A DNA stretch of 64,000 nucleotides, taken from contig OZ004608.1 in NCBI GenBank assembly GCA_963924565.1, forward strand, positions 11,780,001 through 11,844,000, in the 5' to 3' direction. How positions within the stretch are numbered: the stretch's first letter is position 1; every line of letters starts with the position of its first letter. The notes under the pieces were generated by a model. That model saw only the letters and a list, made by a program, of their open reading frames with translations, did not search any database and was not told the origin of the DNA. Made by a program: the position numbers and the translations under genes. Source of the DNA: Ascidiella aspersa. Taxonomy: Eukaryota. Positions 62,361 through 64,000 of the stretch are shown here, in pieces.

Positions 62361-64000
62361 CTTTATAGTTTGAACCCCAATTTCAACCCTTCTTGATACC
62401 TAAATTTAACAGTGCAAAATCATCTAGTTCTCGTTTTAGGCACATTTTTTAACCGCTGATGCGCAAAAAATGCATCAAATTTGTGCGGAATTGAATGGAG
62501 CTCGATTCCCTTTACCGCAGCCATATCGACCGGCCAAACTACAGCCGTTAGCTAGCAGAAAGTGTTAAAGTTCTAAATCCTCTTTGCAGCTTTAAACAGC
62601 GATGAGCGCGCGCGGCGTATTTGAGTAGGTTCAATATTTGAATAAAGGCAACGCGACGCGGCGGCTCTGCCCGTCAATCATTCCACATTGTCTTTGTACG
62701 ACCTACGTGCCACTGATGAGTCGTTTCCAAGGATACAGTGTTGGCCTATTGTTATTCTTAGTTTTGAAAGTAAATGTGTTTTTGAAGCTTCGTGAAAATA
62801 AACTGCATCATTTTTTTAAGTGCCGGTCTACGCAATGGTATGATAATAATCACTAGGGAAAAAAATCAATTATGTTAAATATTACCAACCCAGAAAGTTT
62901 CTCAATTCCGATAAATCAAAGTCGTAAATCTCACTTCGTAAATATACCGCTTGTTATATTGCTTAAAAAAATTCAAGTAAATGTTTTTAATGAATAAAGT
63001 TTATATATGAATCGAAAATTTCAAACAACGTTTCTCTCTTTTGTGTATAGGTTTTGATATATTTGATCTACGTCCCACTAGTAAATACTCTTGCGCACTG
63101 TCGGGATTTCGGATTCCCCAGTGAGAGTTACAATCAGCATTTGATATATACATAAATAACTTTGTATACGTCACTTAGACTTAGTACATGAAGTCATGTG
63201 TTAAACCCTTTGTTCAAACGGAATTGTCGGGGCGTTGCCGCAAGACGAAAACGTGAAGTTTCTCGAATCTTGTGTTGGTTTATCGCGTGGATTTAAATCC
63301 GATGGGCGCGGCCGCGGACTAGCTTTGCAAACAAATTGCCTAATGCGGATTGTGGTGACATGACGCTCGAAAAGCTCGGGTTCAACGCTCTAAGGGTGAA
63401 ATTGCAGCAGTTTGGGCACGCGTCAGTCCAATGACACAGTTGTCCAAATATATATGCGGCCGTAATGGTTACTCGGCACATTTTCCGGCAAGTTGTTATT
63501 TCGCAATTGCTCTGACAAAGCAACTTCTCACGTGCGACCAATTCGCAACATCCGCAAAAAAATGGATGTCAAATGTCACATAGAATGTGTGAATCAACTG
63601 TGTTATAGGCTTATATTTATACAATATTAGCTTGTATACGGTTATGATACAATTTTGTTTTTTAAATTGCTAAGATCCATGTTTGCACGTTCAAACATAC
63701 CTAATCACATATATGTTTATGATTGCATTAACTCTAAGCTTATATGACTATTATCTCACTTTATGAGAACACCAGCCTTGCGCGTCTAAACCTTTTAATA
63801 GCTATTTAATAACACAAAAACGTGCTTACCCGGTAAACACAAAACCTCCCGCGCCTTGGAATAGTGCACACCGGGTCATCACGCCAAGTTGATATTAAAA
63901 ATGCAGGGCACGACTTCGGCGTTCCACCAAAAATGCGAGGCCGCTATTGCCTTAATAAGTTTGCTCGATGAAACTTTATTGCATTTTGCGGCAACGTTGA

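Overview
This is eukaryotic (animal) genomic DNA; gene content and style suggest an ascidian/tunicate, but that is inference. I assembled two spliced minus-strand genes by hand from splice sites and reading-frame phase. (1) An UNC93A-like MFS membrane protein: 7 coding exons, 5574->587, 367 codons, with the 3' end running off the left edge and one apparent GC-AG intron. (2) A PDZRN3/PDZRN4/PDZD4 (LNX3/4/5, Slip1-type) gene: 9 well-supported exons, 28447->13753, plus a candidate 7-codon first exon at 33336-33316 that would give a 901-aa RING-less isoform. I found no RING, zinc-finger or first-half PDZ1 exons up to 64000. The first ~13 kb is AT-rich and dense in non-autonomous DNA transposons (hAT MITEs, a foldback element nested in a decayed L1/Tx1 LINE). 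From ~13.4 kb onward the DNA is CpG-rich, transposon-poor and mostly non-coding. Most ORFs in the supplied track are spurious. I found no rRNA, tRNA, CRISPR array or convincingly novel multi-gene system. The best leads concern splicing and isoforms: the RING-less isoform, a candidate recursive splice site or microexon, the GC donor, and upstream exons or trans-splicing of the UNC93 gene.
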